Part shown: positions 18,499-29,040 of the stretch, piece by piece | How the letters are laid out: every line of letters begins with the position of its first letter | Position numbering within the stretch: position 1 is the first letter of the stretch | Program-made: the position numbers and the translations under genes | From: an uncultured Acidobacteriota bacterium | Lineage (GTDB): Bacteria > Actinomycetota > Acidimicrobiia > Spongiisociales > ZC4RG35 | Direction of reading: 5' to 3' | Assembly: GCA_963828465.1 (NCBI GenBank) | Contig: CAWHEU010000022.1 | Coordinates: 539,887-603,886 of the forward strand | Length of the DNA: 64,000 nt | The notes under the pieces: generated by a model | Told to the model about the DNA's origin: nothing | The model's database searches: none | Seen by the model: the letters and a program-made list of their open reading frames with translations, nothing else

Positions 18499-18881
18499 CA
18501 GCGGCACGCCCACTGCGGCATCCGGCCCCCAAGCAGGGGGGCATGCGGGTCCTGCGGGGACGAAAGCAGCTTCGGAGACCTGCTCTCGCCCCCTGGATGA
18601 TGATGGTGCTGATCGGCGTGGCCGCGTTCCTGGGTCTCGGCTTCGCCAGAACGTCCCTGGACAGGTCGGCGTTCGAGCTCGATCGTCTCGATCGTGCCAT
18701 TGCCGAGCAGGAGGCGATCAACGAGCAACTTCGCCTCGAGATCGCCCGCATGGAGAACCCGGCGCGCATCGCGCCACTGGCCGAGGAGCTCGGATTGATG
18801 ATCCCGGGCGATACCAGACAACTTCTGGTGGATCTTGGAGGCCCGGCGGTGGCCTCCGTCGATGAGGGAGATACGCAATGA
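18495..18881 (+). CDS. ftsL: Cell division protein FtsL-like
   Basis: Basic N-terminus, single TM, coiled coil ending ENPARI..LAEELGL; lies between rsmH and ftsI. Confidence 0.8.
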   Translation: MTAARPLRHPAPKQGGMRVLRGRKQLRRPALAPWMMMVLIGVAAFLGLGFARTSLDRSAFELDRLDRAIAEQEAINEQLRLEIARMENPARIAPLAEELGLMIPGDTRQLLVDLGGPAVASVDEGDTQ

Positions 18882-18963
18882 GGACCCGACGGCGCGCTGG
18901 AGCCGGGCTCCCGGAGGGAACAAGTCGTTCCCGACCACCGGAGTCACGGCCGGGGCCATAGCC

Positions 18964-20738
18964 GTGGCTGCCGGCAAGGCCGCCACCAGACCTGACCGTT
19001 CCCGGGTAAGGGTTGCCCTCATCGGGCTCTCCTTGGTGATCGCCCTGCTCGGGCTGGCCGTCCGGCTATTTCCAGGTGCAGGTGGTCCAGGCGGCCGATC
19101 TCGCCGGCCAGGGTCTGGACCAGCGTCTCGTGACCCGGGATCTCGCCCCACAGCGGGGCAAGATCTATGACCGAAACGGGGAGTTGCTGGCGATGACGGT
19201 GGAGGCGCAGAGCATCTGGGCCAATCCGACGCAGGTAGAGGAGCCGCTCTGGGTCGCCCAACAGGTGGGCGGGCTCCTTGGTGTCGATTCTCAGGAGTTG
19301 CTCACCAGGCTCGAGTCGGATCGTGAGTTCGTCTATCTCAAACGCCAGGTCGAGCCCGGTGTGGCCGAGCAGATCGCGGCGCTCGAGGTGAAGGGCATAT
19401 ACACCCACCCCGAATCGACTCGCATCTACCCGGCTGGGGCAGTGGCCTCCCATGTGACCGGTTTCGTCGACATCGACGGGAACGGGCAAGAGGGTCTGGA
19501 GTACATGTACGACGACCCACTGCGCGGCGTCCCGGGCAAGGCCGTCTTCGAGCGCGACCTCGAGGGCCGAATCATCCCTCAGGGAATAAGCGACATCGTC
19601 GCCGCCGTGCCTGGCACGGACCTGAACACGACCATCGATCTGCCGTTGCAATACCAGGCCCAGCAGGAATGTCTCGCCGCCGTCGACCGCACCGGCGCCG
19701 AGTCGTGTTGGGTGGTGGTGCTCGACGTCGAATCTGGAGGGGTCCTGGCTCTGGCCGGCGCTCCGGTGTTCGATCCGCAGACGCGCCAGACCCTTGACGA
19801 GACCTGTGACACGGCGCTCGACCCGACCTGTCATGCATTCAGGAACTTCATCGTGCGTGGCGTCTACGAACCGGGTTCGACCCAGAAGCTGATCACGGTG
19901 GCAGCCGCCCTCGAAGAGGGTGAGGTGAAGGCCGGGACCGTGATACCGGGCGTCGCCGATCTCCTGGAACTCCGCCCGGACGCCTGTCGTTCGGCGGATG
20001 ACGACCTATTCGGCTGCTACCGCGACTTCGAGGAGCACGAAACCGCCAATATGAGCGTGAGGGAGATATTCACCAGGTCCTCGAATGTGGGAACGATCCT
20101 CGTTGCAGAGAAACTGGGGCAGGACCGACTCATTTCCTACATCGAGCGGTTCGGCCTCGGTTCGCAGACCGGTGTCGACTACTCGGTCGAGGCACCCGGG
20201 ACGCTGAACTTCGAGGCGGGTTGTGAGACATGCTGGGCATCGGCCGCGATCGGCTACTCGGTCGCTGCCACCCCGCTCCAGATGGCCGCGGCCTATGGCG
20301 CCATCGGGAACGACGGGATCTGGACGGCCCCGCACATCGTCGCCTCCACGACTGACGTCGATGGCGATCAAGATGTCGCCGGTTTGGAGACCAAACGCGT
20401 CGTGTCGTCGGAGACAGCAGTCCTCATGCAAGAACTGTTGGCCAATGTGGTCGACGAGGGCACCGGACAGAGCGGCCACGGTGGAGGGCTACCAGGTCGG
20501 AGGAAAGACCGGAACCGCCAACAAGTTGGGTGATGACGGGCGTTACACCGAGGTGACCAGGGCGTCGTTCGTCGGGATGGCGCCGATGAGTGACCCGAAG
20601 GTCGTAGTTGCGGTTCTCATCGACGCCCCATCCCACAGATATCGGACCGGGGGAGCAGCCGCGGCGCCTGTGTTCGCGCAGGTCATGGAGCAAGCACTCC
20701 ACCGATTGGGGGTGCCCCCCGATGCTGGCGCCGGGTAG
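18964..20738 (+). CDS. ftsI: Class B penicillin-binding protein FtsI, interrupted by two +1 frameshifts (about 19070 and 20474)
   Basis: TM segment RVALIG...RLF in one frame; RGKIYDRNG, YEPGSTQK and SSNVG in ORF 19076-20533; GGKTGTA in ORF 20223-20738. Start codon uncertain. Confidence 0.85.
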
Positions 20739-22209
20739 CACCGTGGGTGCGGCATCGGGCCGGGTCGGAGGTCTCGTCGTCGGCGACCCCGAAATCTGGC
20801 TCGGCGATGTGACCCATGATTCGGCGCTCGCCGGTCCCGACGTACTCTTCGTCGCCGTCAAGGGCTCGACCTACGACGGGCACGATTACGTCGGCTCGGC
20901 GGTAAGAGCCGGTTCTCCCGCCGTCGTAGTCGAGACGCTCCAGGACTCGCCGGCCACACAGATCGTGGTCGGCGACACCCGAACCGCCATGGGCCCGATC
21001 GCGGCCCTGGTCCACGGCGACCCCTCGACCCTCCTGGCCGTCGTCGGCGTCACCGGGACCAACGGCAAGACCACAGTCACCCACTACCTCGAATCGCTCC
21101 TCACCTCCGCCGGCCGGGTCGTCGGGTTGATCGGGACGATCGAGACACGTGTTGGGGCGATGTCCCTGCCCTCGGTGAGAACCACCCCGGAGGCCACCGA
21201 CTTCCAGCGTCTGCTCGGCGAGATGAGACAACTCGACGCCGGTGTCGTCGCCGCCGAGGTCTCGTCACACGCCCTGGAGATGGGCCGCGTAGCCGGCACC
21301 CGGTTCGAAGTCGCTGCGTTCACCAACCTGTCCCAGGACCATCTCGATTTTCACGGGTCGATGGAGTCCTACCGCCGCGCCAAGGAGCGCCTGTTCCGGG
21401 AGTACGAGGTGGGGACAGCCGTACTCAATGTCGACGACCCTGTGGGCGCCGCGATCGCATCCTGGGTGAAGACGCAAGTGATCAGGGTCGGCCGTGCCGG
21501 CGAAGTTCGCGCCGAAAGGGTGGAGACGTCACTGGCTGGGACGCGCTTCGACCTGGCGACAGATCACGGGGCCGTCCCCATCACCTCCGATCTGATCGGC
21601 TCGTTCAACGTGGAGAACGCCCTGGTAGCGGTGGGCTGCTCCCTGGCCCTCGGGTTGACCCTCGACGAGATCTCCGACGGGCTGGCGAGTCTTGGAGGTG
21701 TGCCCGGTCGATTCGAGCATGTCTCAGGGAGCGGGCCGATCCACGTCATTGTCGACTACGCCCACACTCCCGGCGGAGTCGAGGAGGCCATAGCCGTGGC
21801 AAGGTCGATAGCGGCGGGGCGGGTGATCGCTGTGGTCGGCGCAGGCGGCGACCGGGACCGGGAGAAGCGGCCAATGATGGGTCGGGCGGCGACGGGCGCC
21901 GATCTGGCCATCCTGACCAGCGACAACCCGCGTTCTGAAGACCCTGATCAGATCCTCTCCGAAGTGGCCGGCGGCGCGGCCGGGCCCTGGGTCATCCTCG
22001 AAGTCGACCGACGACGCGCCATCGAGTCGGCCATCGCAGCCGCCGAGGAGGGAGACGTGGTCCTGGTTCTCGGCAAGGGGCACGAGACCGGGCAGGAGGT
22101 CCGGGGCGAGGTGCTTCCGTTCGATGATCGCAGGGTGGCCAGGGAGATCCTGGCCGCACGGTTCGGGTCCGCTGATTTCGACCTTGATTCAGGGAGCATG
22201 ACGACGTGA
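20722..22209 (+). CDS. murE: UDP-MurNAc-dipeptide:diaminopimelate ligase
   Basis: GVTGTNGKTT, TTPE, EVSSHAL, DHLDFH, DYAHTP, DNPR (DAP specificity), GKGHE. Confidence 0.95.
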   Translation: MLAPGSTVGAASGRVGGLVVGDPEIWLGDVTHDSALAGPDVLFVAVKGSTYDGHDYVGSAVRAGSPAVVVETLQDSPATQIVVGDTRTAMGPIAALVHGDPSTLLAVVGVTGTNGKTTVTHYLESLLTSAGRVVGLIGTIETRVGAMSLPSVRTTPEATDFQRLLGEMRQLDAGVVAAEVSSHALEMGRVAGTRFEVAAFTNLSQDHLDFHGSMESYRRAKERLFREYEVGTAVLNVDDPVGAAIASWVKTQVIRVGRAGEVRAERVETSLAGTRFDLATDHGAVPITSDLIGSFNVENALVAVGCSLALGLTLDEISDGLASLGGVPGRFEHVSGSGPIHVIVDYAHTPGGVEEAIAVARSIAAGRVIAVVGAGGDRDREKRPMMGRAATGADLAILTSDNPRSEDPDQILSEVAGGAAGPWVILEVDRRRAIESAIAAAEEGDVVLVLGKGHETGQEVRGEVLPFDDRRVAREILAARFGSADFDLDSGSMTT

Positions 22210-23258
22210 TACCGCTCCTGACCGCCGCCGCTGTCGGGCTGCTCGTGTCGATCTTCGGCACTCCGTACGCCATTCGCTTCTTCAGACGGCGCGAGATAGG
22301 GCAGTTCATCCAGGAGGAGATCGCCGGGATGCACGGCCACAAGCAGGGGACGCCGACCATGGGAGGCGTGGTCTTCGTCCTCGCGGCAATCATCGGGTAC
22401 CTGGTGTCGCATGTCCGTCTGGTGTCGCCGGCCGGCGGGATCGGATTGGAGCTCGATCCGTTCACCGACGGCGGGCTGCTTGCAGTGTTCGCATTGGCAG
22501 GCATGGGAGTCGTCGGGTTCCTCGACGACTGGATCAAGTTCTCCAACAAGCGGAGCCTCGGTCTCTCCAAGTCGGCCAAGTTCGGCGGTCAGCTGGCGAT
22601 AGCCGCCCTGTTTGCCTGGGGCGCCACCGAAGCCGGGGTTGTCACCGAGATCTCTTTTGTCCGGCCGCTCGGCATCGATCTCGGCGCGTTCTTCGTGATC
22701 TGGGTGCTCTTGATGCTGACCGGGTGGGCGAATGGCGTGAACCTGGCCGACGGCATGGATGGCCTCGCCGGCGGGTCATCTGCCCTGGTCGTTGCCTCTT
22801 ACACCGTCATTGCCTTCTGGCAGTTCCGAAACCCCCAGGTCTACGAGTCGGTTGACCCCCTCGAGCTGGCCATTATCTCGGCTGCGATGTTCGGGGCGAT
22901 CCTCGGCTTCCTCTGGTGGAACGCACCGCCGGCCAAGATCATCATGGGAGATGTCGGCTCACAGGGCATCGGAGGGCTCCTTGCTGCTTTGGCTCTCCTC
23001 ACCAACACCAGTCTCCTCCTGGTCGTGCTGGGAGCGATCTTCGTGGCCGAGACCGCCTCGGTGATCCTCCAGGTCGCCAGCTTCAAGATCTTCGGGAAGC
23101 GGATCTTCCGCATGTCGCCGATCCACTATCACTTCGATCTCGGTGGATGGCCCGAGACCACGGTCGTCATCAGGTTCTGGATCCTGACCGGTTTCGGCGT
23201 CGCCCTCGGGCTCGGTTTCTTCTATGGCGACTTCCTCCGGTTAGAGGACTTGTTGTGA
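22206..23258 (+). CDS. mraY: Phospho-MurNAc-pentapeptide transferase
   Basis: KQGTPTMGG, GFLDDWIK, NLADGMDGL, MGDVGS, FRMSPIHYHF. Confidence 0.95.
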   Translation: MIPLLTAAAVGLLVSIFGTPYAIRFFRRREIGQFIQEEIAGMHGHKQGTPTMGGVVFVLAAIIGYLVSHVRLVSPAGGIGLELDPFTDGGLLAVFALAGMGVVGFLDDWIKFSNKRSLGLSKSAKFGGQLAIAALFAWGATEAGVVTEISFVRPLGIDLGAFFVIWVLLMLTGWANGVNLADGMDGLAGGSSALVVASYTVIAFWQFRNPQVYESVDPLELAIISAAMFGAILGFLWWNAPPAKIIMGDVGSQGIGGLLAALALLTNTSLLLVVLGAIFVAETASVILQVASFKIFGKRIFRMSPIHYHFDLGGWPETTVVIRFWILTGFGVALGLGFFYGDFLRLEDLL

Positions 23259-24553
23259 CCCGGGTACTCGTCCTCGGTGCTGGGGTCTCCGGTCTGGCCG
23301 CCGCTGCTCTCGCCCGGGATCGCGAGATGACGGTGACGATCTACACCCGGGATCAGCCCGAAATCGCCCTGGAGAAGGGATTCCCCGTCGCCAGTGGCGC
23401 ATGGGACCCGGTCCTGCTCACCGGCATCGACCTCGTGGTCGCCAGCCCCGGATTCCCCGAGCGCTCCCTGCCCATCGTCGAGGCCCTGGAATGGGGGATC
23501 CCCGTGTGGAGCGAGGTCGAATTCGCCTGGAGGCACCTGGATGTCCCGGTAGCGGCCGTCACGGGCACGAACGGGAAGACCACTGTCACCGAGGCGGCCT
23601 CTGCCATGCTCGAGGCATCGGGGATCGACGCCCCGGCGGCGGGCAACATCGGTTCGGCCCTCTCCGAGCATGTAGGCCAGGGCCACGAGGCCGTGGTCGT
23701 CGAGGTGTCCAGCTTCCAACTCCGCTTCTGCGAGGAGTTCCACCCGGCAGCGGCCGCGATCACGAATGTGGCCCTCGACCATCTCGACTGGCACGGCTCA
23801 GAGCATTCATACCGGGCGGCCAAGGCGAGGATCTTCATGAATCAGACCGACGAGGACCTCCTGGTGTTCGATGCCGACGATGAGGGCGCCGCATCGCTGG
23901 TCGCCGGGGCGCAGAGTGAATTGTTCCCCGTCTCGGGGACTCACCTTCCACCCGGCGGCGGTGGTGTCGACGACGACCATCTAGTGATCGGTGGGCTGAC
24001 CATCTCGATCGGTGATCTCGTCTCAGACGACCCGACCCATCTGGTCAACATCGCCTCGGCTTCCGCGCTCGCGCTGCGTATGGGGGCGACCGCCGATGGG
24101 GTTACGGAGGCGGCCAGGTCATTCGCGCCGGGCCCTCATCGGAGATCGTTGGTGGCGCGAAGTGGCGGCGTCACCTGGATCGACGACTCGAAGGCGACCA
24201 ACACCCACGCCGCCGTCAACTCGATCAGGGCTCACGACTCAGTGGTTCTCATCGCCGGGGGCCTGGCCAAGGGGCTCGACGTCGCACCGATCGCCCGCGA
24301 GCCCAATGTTCGCTTCCTGATCGGGATCGGCGAGGCCGGGCCCGATCTGGCGTCGGCGGCGGGGGAGCGAGGACGTGTGGCAGGCACCCTGGAGCGTGCC
24401 GTCGAGCTGGCGGTGGAACTCGCAGAGCCCGGTGACACGGTGCTTCTCGCTCCCGGCTGCGCCAGCTTCGACCAGTTCTCCTCTTACGAGGAGCGCGGGG
24501 ACAGATTCGCGGGCTTGGTCCGATCGATCACGGAGGAGGCAAGGTCCGGATGA
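23255..24553 (+). CDS. murD: UDP-MurNAc-L-Ala:D-Glu ligase
   Basis: VLGAGVSG, TGTNGKTT, EVSSFQL, DHLDWH, DDSKATN, LAPGCASFDQF. Confidence 0.95.
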   Translation: MTRVLVLGAGVSGLAAAALARDREMTVTIYTRDQPEIALEKGFPVASGAWDPVLLTGIDLVVASPGFPERSLPIVEALEWGIPVWSEVEFAWRHLDVPVAAVTGTNGKTTVTEAASAMLEASGIDAPAAGNIGSALSEHVGQGHEAVVVEVSSFQLRFCEEFHPAAAAITNVALDHLDWHGSEHSYRAAKARIFMNQTDEDLLVFDADDEGAASLVAGAQSELFPVSGTHLPPGGGGVDDDHLVIGGLTISIGDLVSDDPTHLVNIASASALALRMGATADGVTEAARSFAPGPHRRSLVARSGGVTWIDDSKATNTHAAVNSIRAHDSVVLIAGGLAKGLDVAPIAREPNVRFLIGIGEAGPDLASAAGERGRVAGTLERAVELAVELAEPGDTVLLAPGCASFDQFSSYEERGDRFAGLVRSITEEARSG

Positions 24554-25713
24554 CAGCGAACGTGACATCGATCGCGAAGGTTCGCGCGGCGGCCCGAAGC
24601 CGGGCCGAGCGGCTCAAGATGAACAACCGCACCGCGACCGCTCTCCTCGTCATGGCCGTGGTCCTGATAGTCATCGGGCTGGGCGCGACCCAGTCGGCTT
24701 CGTCGGCGGTCGCCATCGACCAGTCCGAGGACCGCTTCTACTTCTTCAAAAGACAGCTGGTCGGTGTCGGGATAGGGACTGTGGCCCTCCTCATCACCAG
24801 TCGAATCCCGTACCGCGTTTACCGCAGGCTCGCCCTGCCCGGTTTCTTCGTCACCGTGGGCCTGCTCATCGCGGTGCTGGCGGTGGGACCGGTAATCGGT
24901 GGTTCGCAGCGGTGGCTGCCGATCGCAGGTTTCAGCTTTCAGCCATCCGAGGTGGCGAAGATCGCGATCGTCTTGGTCCTAGCTCATCTCTTCGAGAAGA
25001 AACACCGGCTTCTCACCCGATTCGGCCACTTCCTGGTCCCCGTCGTGTTCACGGTCGGTGTGCTCGGCGGCCTCGTGATGCTTCAGCCCGACCTGGGGAC
25101 GACAATCATCATCGGCGCGGCTGCGATGGCGGTGATCATGGCCAGCGACACCCCGCTTCGGTACGTGCTCGTCCTCTCTGTCCTGGTCGTGCTGGCCGCC
25201 TGGGTTCTTGCTTTCGGCGACGCGTACAGGGTCGACCGCATCGTCGGGTTCCTCGACCCCTGGGGGAACGCCAGTGGAGAGGGCTACCAGGTGATCCAGG
25301 GCTATTACGCCTTGTCCAACGGCGGTCTCTTCGGGGTGGGACTGGGGGCCAGCCGCGCCCGATGGTTCTATCTGCCGAACGCCCACACCGACTTCATCTT
25401 CGCCATCATCGGAGAGGAGACCGGGCTGATTGGCGGGCTGACTGTCATCGGTCTCTACATCGTGCTCGCATTGGCTGGCTGGATGGTCGCAGTAAGGGCA
25501 CCGGACCGCTTCGGCAGGATGATTGCGGCGGGTCTCACCGCCTGGATCACCTTTCAGGCCATCGTCAACATCGGAGGCGTCCTGGGTGTCATGCCGATCA
25601 CCGGCATCTCTCTTCCGTTTGTCTCATTCGGGAGCACTTCGCTGATCGTGTGTATGGCGTCGCTCGGCATCCTCGTCAACATCGCCCAGGCAGGGGTGCA
25701 GCCCAAGACATGA
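24550..25713 (+). CDS. ftsW: SEDS peptidoglycan polymerase FtsW
   Basis: GSQRW, QPSEVAK, QPDLGT, LPNAHTDFIFAIIGEE, PITGISLPFVSFG. Confidence 0.95.
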   Translation: MTANVTSIAKVRAAARSRAERLKMNNRTATALLVMAVVLIVIGLGATQSASSAVAIDQSEDRFYFFKRQLVGVGIGTVALLITSRIPYRVYRRLALPGFFVTVGLLIAVLAVGPVIGGSQRWLPIAGFSFQPSEVAKIAIVLVLAHLFEKKHRLLTRFGHFLVPVVFTVGVLGGLVMLQPDLGTTIIIGAAAMAVIMASDTPLRYVLVLSVLVVLAAWVLAFGDAYRVDRIVGFLDPWGNASGEGYQVIQGYYALSNGGLFGVGLGASRARWFYLPNAHTDFIFAIIGEETGLIGGLTVIGLYIVLALAGWMVAVRAPDRFGRMIAAGLTAWITFQAIVNIGGVLGVMPITGISLPFVSFGSTSLIVCMASLGILVNIAQAGVQPKT

Positions 25714-26783
25714 CCTTTCTGATCGCCGCAGCCGGCACGGGTGGCCACGTGTTCCCTGGGCTGGCCGTTGGCGAGGCTCTCGTAGCACGTGGGACCCCCA
25801 AGGAGTCGATCCTGTATGTCGGGGGCGACCGGCTGGAGAAATCTGTCTATCCAGCAGCGGGGTTTCCGTTCCTCCAAGTAGAGGTGAGGGGTCTTCAGCG
25901 GTCTATGACCCCTCGAAACCTGAGCCTGCCGCGGGTGGTGTGGCGGGCGCGTGACGCCATCGGCGCCGCCATGGAGGACAGAGAGGTGAAGGTGGTGCTC
26001 GGGATGGGGGGCTATGTGACCATCCCGGCCGCATTGGCCACCAGAAGCTCGCAGTCCGTGCTGATCGTCGCTGAGCAGAACGCGGGTAGCGGTCTCGCCA
26101 ACCGGATCGCCTCGCGCTGGGCAACACGCATCTTCACCTCCTTCCCCGACACCGAAGGGCTGAAGCGAGGGGAGTGGGTCGGCAACCCGGTGCGCCAAGC
26201 GCTGTCGAGCCTGGACCGGGAGGAGGTCAGACCGCAGGCGCTAGCTCACTACGGCCTCGATGCGGGATCCCCGGTCCTGGGCGCCATGGGCGGCTCGCTA
26301 GGTGCTGGTGTGATCAACGGAGCCGTAGACGATCTGGTCACGAATTGGGAGGGGAGCCGGATCCAGGTCTTGCATCTCACCGGCGAGGGCAAGGTCACCA
26401 CGGAAGGAAATCTGTCCGAAGCAGTCCACCGGGTGCAGGGTTCGTTCGAGGAGAGGATGGAGCTGTTCTACGCCGCCAGCGACCTGGTTGTTGCTCGCGC
26501 CGGCGGTGGGGTTGCCGAACTGACGGCGACCGCGACACCATCGATCCTCATCCCCGGCGAGTTCGGCTCGTCGGGTCATCAGACGGCTAACGCCGCATTC
26601 CTCGAGGGGGCTGGGGCTGCGAAGGTCGTCGCACAGGACCGTCTCGACATGCTTTCGGGCCTCGTCTCGGAGATCCTTTTGTCGCCGGAGCGACTCGAGG
26701 CCATGCGGATCGGCGCCAGAAGCATCGCCAAGCCGCACGCAGCGATGACAATCGCTGAAGCGATGGAGGAGCTGGCGAGTTGA
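25710..26783 (+). CDS. murG: Lipid II GlcNAc transferase
   Basis: AGTGGHVFPG, GGYV, EQN, GNPVR, GGSLGA. True start is ATG 25710 inside the longer track ORF. Confidence 0.93.
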   Translation: MTFLIAAAGTGGHVFPGLAVGEALVARGTPKESILYVGGDRLEKSVYPAAGFPFLQVEVRGLQRSMTPRNLSLPRVVWRARDAIGAAMEDREVKVVLGMGGYVTIPAALATRSSQSVLIVAEQNAGSGLANRIASRWATRIFTSFPDTEGLKRGEWVGNPVRQALSSLDREEVRPQALAHYGLDAGSPVLGAMGGSLGAGVINGAVDDLVTNWEGSRIQVLHLTGEGKVTTEGNLSEAVHRVQGSFEERMELFYAASDLVVARAGGGVAELTATATPSILIPGEFGSSGHQTANAAFLEGAGAAKVVAQDRLDMLSGLVSEILLSPERLEAMRIGARSIAKPHAAMTIAEAMEELAS

Positions 26784-28135
26784 GATTGGACCATCGACGG
26801 ATCCATCTTGTCGGGGCGGGCGGCGCCGGGATGAGCGCCATAGCCAAGGTGCTGGCAGGCATGGGTCACGAGGTCTCAGGGTCGGACCAGCGAGGAGGGT
26901 CGACTCTGGACAGGCTGGAGGACTTCGGCATAGCCACGCACACGGGTCATCACCCGGACGTGGCCCGCGGCTCCGACCTCGTGGTCGCCTCGTCGGCCGT
27001 ACCCGATCAGGACCCCGAGCTGCTCGCAGCGGCGGAGGCCGGGGTACCGGTCTGGCGCCGTCCGGATCTCCTCGCCGCTCTCACCGAGAGGATCACCACG
27101 ATCGGGGCCACCGGCACCCACGGGAAGACGACGACGACGGCGCTATTGGTTGCGGCGTTGAAGGCATTGGGCGAGGATCCGAGCTTCATCGTCGGCGGGG
27201 ATCTGGCCGACTGGAACACCAACGGCCATTTCGGAGCGACGCCCCTGCTCGTGGTAGAGGCCGACGAGGCCTTTCGCACCTTTGAGCGGCTGCGACTCGC
27301 CGGTCTCATCGTGACCAACGTCGAGCCGGAGCACTTGGAGCACTTCGGGTCCGAGTCGGACCTCGAGGATGCGTTCGTCAGAGTGGCCGAGAGCGTCGAT
27401 GGGCCGCTGGTCGTCTGTGCCGACGATCCGGGCTCGAGCGAAGTGGCCCGCCGCACCGGGGCCATCACTTACGGCCTGGACCCGGCGGCGGACTGGCGAA
27501 TCATCGACTTGACGAGGCACGACGGTGGCACCCGGTTCGAGTTGGTCGGGCCGTCGGCACATGCTCACGTCAGCCTGGGACGGCCGGGTGCCCATGTGGC
27601 TCTGAATGCGGCGGGTGCTCTGGCCCTGCTCGGCTCCCTGGGACGCGACATCGCCGCAGCCGCGCTCGGTCTCGCATCGTTCCGCGGCGTCGGCCGCCGA
27701 TGGGAGCACCGCGGAACGGTTTCGGGAGTCACTCTGATCGACGACTACGCCCATCATCCCACCGAGGTGGCGGCAACCGTGGCGGTGGGGAGAGATCTGG
27801 CGAGCGGGGTCCTGTGGGCGGTCTTTCAGCCCCATCTCTACAGCAGGACGGCCCGATTCCACGACGAGTTCGGCGCTGCCCTCAGCGCGGCGGACGAAGT
27901 CGTCATCACGGACGTCTACGGGTCCCGGGAAGAGCCGGTCCCCGGTGTCACCGGCGCCATGGTCGTCGAGGCGGTGCGTCGTCACGGTGCCAACGCCCAC
28001 TACGTCCCACACCGTCGCGATCTCGCCGATTTTCTGGCCGAGCGTGTCGCCGAAGGGGACCTGGTCCTGACCATGGGGGCTGGGGACATCACTCTCGTGC
28101 CCACCGAGCTCGCCATACGTCTCGCGGAGCGATGA
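26780..28135 (+). CDS. murC: UDP-MurNAc:L-Ala ligase
   Basis: HLVGAGGAGMS, GTHGKTTTT, EADE, DDYAHHPTE, FQPHLYSRT, TMGAGDI. Confidence 0.95.
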   Translation: MRLDHRRIHLVGAGGAGMSAIAKVLAGMGHEVSGSDQRGGSTLDRLEDFGIATHTGHHPDVARGSDLVVASSAVPDQDPELLAAAEAGVPVWRRPDLLAALTERITTIGATGTHGKTTTTALLVAALKALGEDPSFIVGGDLADWNTNGHFGATPLLVVEADEAFRTFERLRLAGLIVTNVEPEHLEHFGSESDLEDAFVRVAESVDGPLVVCADDPGSSEVARRTGAITYGLDPAADWRIIDLTRHDGGTRFELVGPSAHAHVSLGRPGAHVALNAAGALALLGSLGRDIAAAALGLASFRGVGRRWEHRGTVSGVTLIDDYAHHPTEVAATVAVGRDLASGVLWAVFQPHLYSRTARFHDEFGAALSAADEVVITDVYGSREEPVPGVTGAMVVEAVRRHGANAHYVPHRRDLADFLAERVAEGDLVLTMGAGDITLVPTELAIRLAER

Positions 28136-29040
28136 TGACGTCCCTCGATTCGCTCATCAGTTCCGGGAAGATCCTCGAGCGAGTCCCTCTCGGTCCGTAC
28201 ACCACATACAAGTCGGGTGGGCCGGCCCGATACCTCGCCGAGGTGGATGACGCCGAGGCGCTCGACGTTCTGGTGGCCTCGGGGGTGAGCTCCGAGTTGC
28301 CGATCCTCGTCCTGGGGCGCGGCTCGAATCTGGTCGTCTCCGACTCCGGGTTCGAGGGCCTGGTCATCCGTCTCGGATCATCTTTCGGTGGGGTGAAGGT
28401 CGAGGGGACACAGGTGCGCGCCGGCGCGGCCGCACCGTTGGCGCAGGTGGCGCGCAGCAGTGTGGACGCCGGTCTTGCCGGCCTCGAGTTCTTCATCGGG
28501 GTTCCCGGATCGGTCGGGGGAGCCGTCCGCCAGAACGCGGGGTGCTTCGGAACTGAGACCCGCGACCGTCTCGTCGAGGCCTCGATATTGGATCTAACCG
28601 ACGGAACGATGGGCATCTTCGGCCCGGACGACCTGGACCTGTCCTACCGGCACTCCAACATCACCTCGACGCGGGTCGTCGTGAGCGCCTCATTCCAGGC
28701 CTCGCCCGGTGACACGGACACCGGCCGCGCCGAATTGCGACGCATCACCCGATGGCGCCGTGACAACCAGCCGGGGGGGACATTCAACGCCGGCAGCGTG
28801 TTCAAGAACCCGGTCGGGGCGACGGCCGGGGAGATAATCGACGGGCTTGGGTTGAAGGGGCTGAGGGTGGGGGACGTCGCCGTGTCGGAGAAACACGCCA
28901 ATTTCTTCGTGGCCGGGTCATCTGCGACATCTGAGGACATTCGGAGCTTGGTGGTGGCGGTCAAAGACCGTGTTTTCGAGGAGTCGGGCACCATGCTGGA
29001 GCCGGAGATCCAGTTCGTTGGATTCGATGATGAGAATTGA
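28132..29040 (+). CDS. murB: UDP-N-acetylenolpyruvoylglucosamine reductase
   Basis: LGRGSNL, GLEF..GVPGSVGGA..NAG, AGSVFKNP, SEKHANF, LEPE. Confidence 0.95.
   Translation: MMTSLDSLISSGKILERVPLGPYTTYKSGGPARYLAEVDDAEALDVLVASGVSSELPILVLGRGSNLVVSDSGFEGLVIRLGSSFGGVKVEGTQVRAGAAAPLAQVARSSVDAGLAGLEFFIGVPGSVGGAVRQNAGCFGTETRDRLVEASILDLTDGTMGIFGPDDLDLSYRHSNITSTRVVVSASFQASPGDTDTGRAELRRITRWRRDNQPGGTFNAGSVFKNPVGATAGEIIDGLGLKGLRVGDVAVSEKHANFFVAGSSATSEDIRSLVVAVKDRVFEESGTMLEPEIQFVGFDDEN

Noticed and set aside
24375-26783. Apparent 802-aa MurG fusion; similar N-terminal extensions on murD, murB, rluD and lspA
   Set aside because: The extensions are stop-free alternative frames over the upstream genes; true starts overlap the upstream stop codons.
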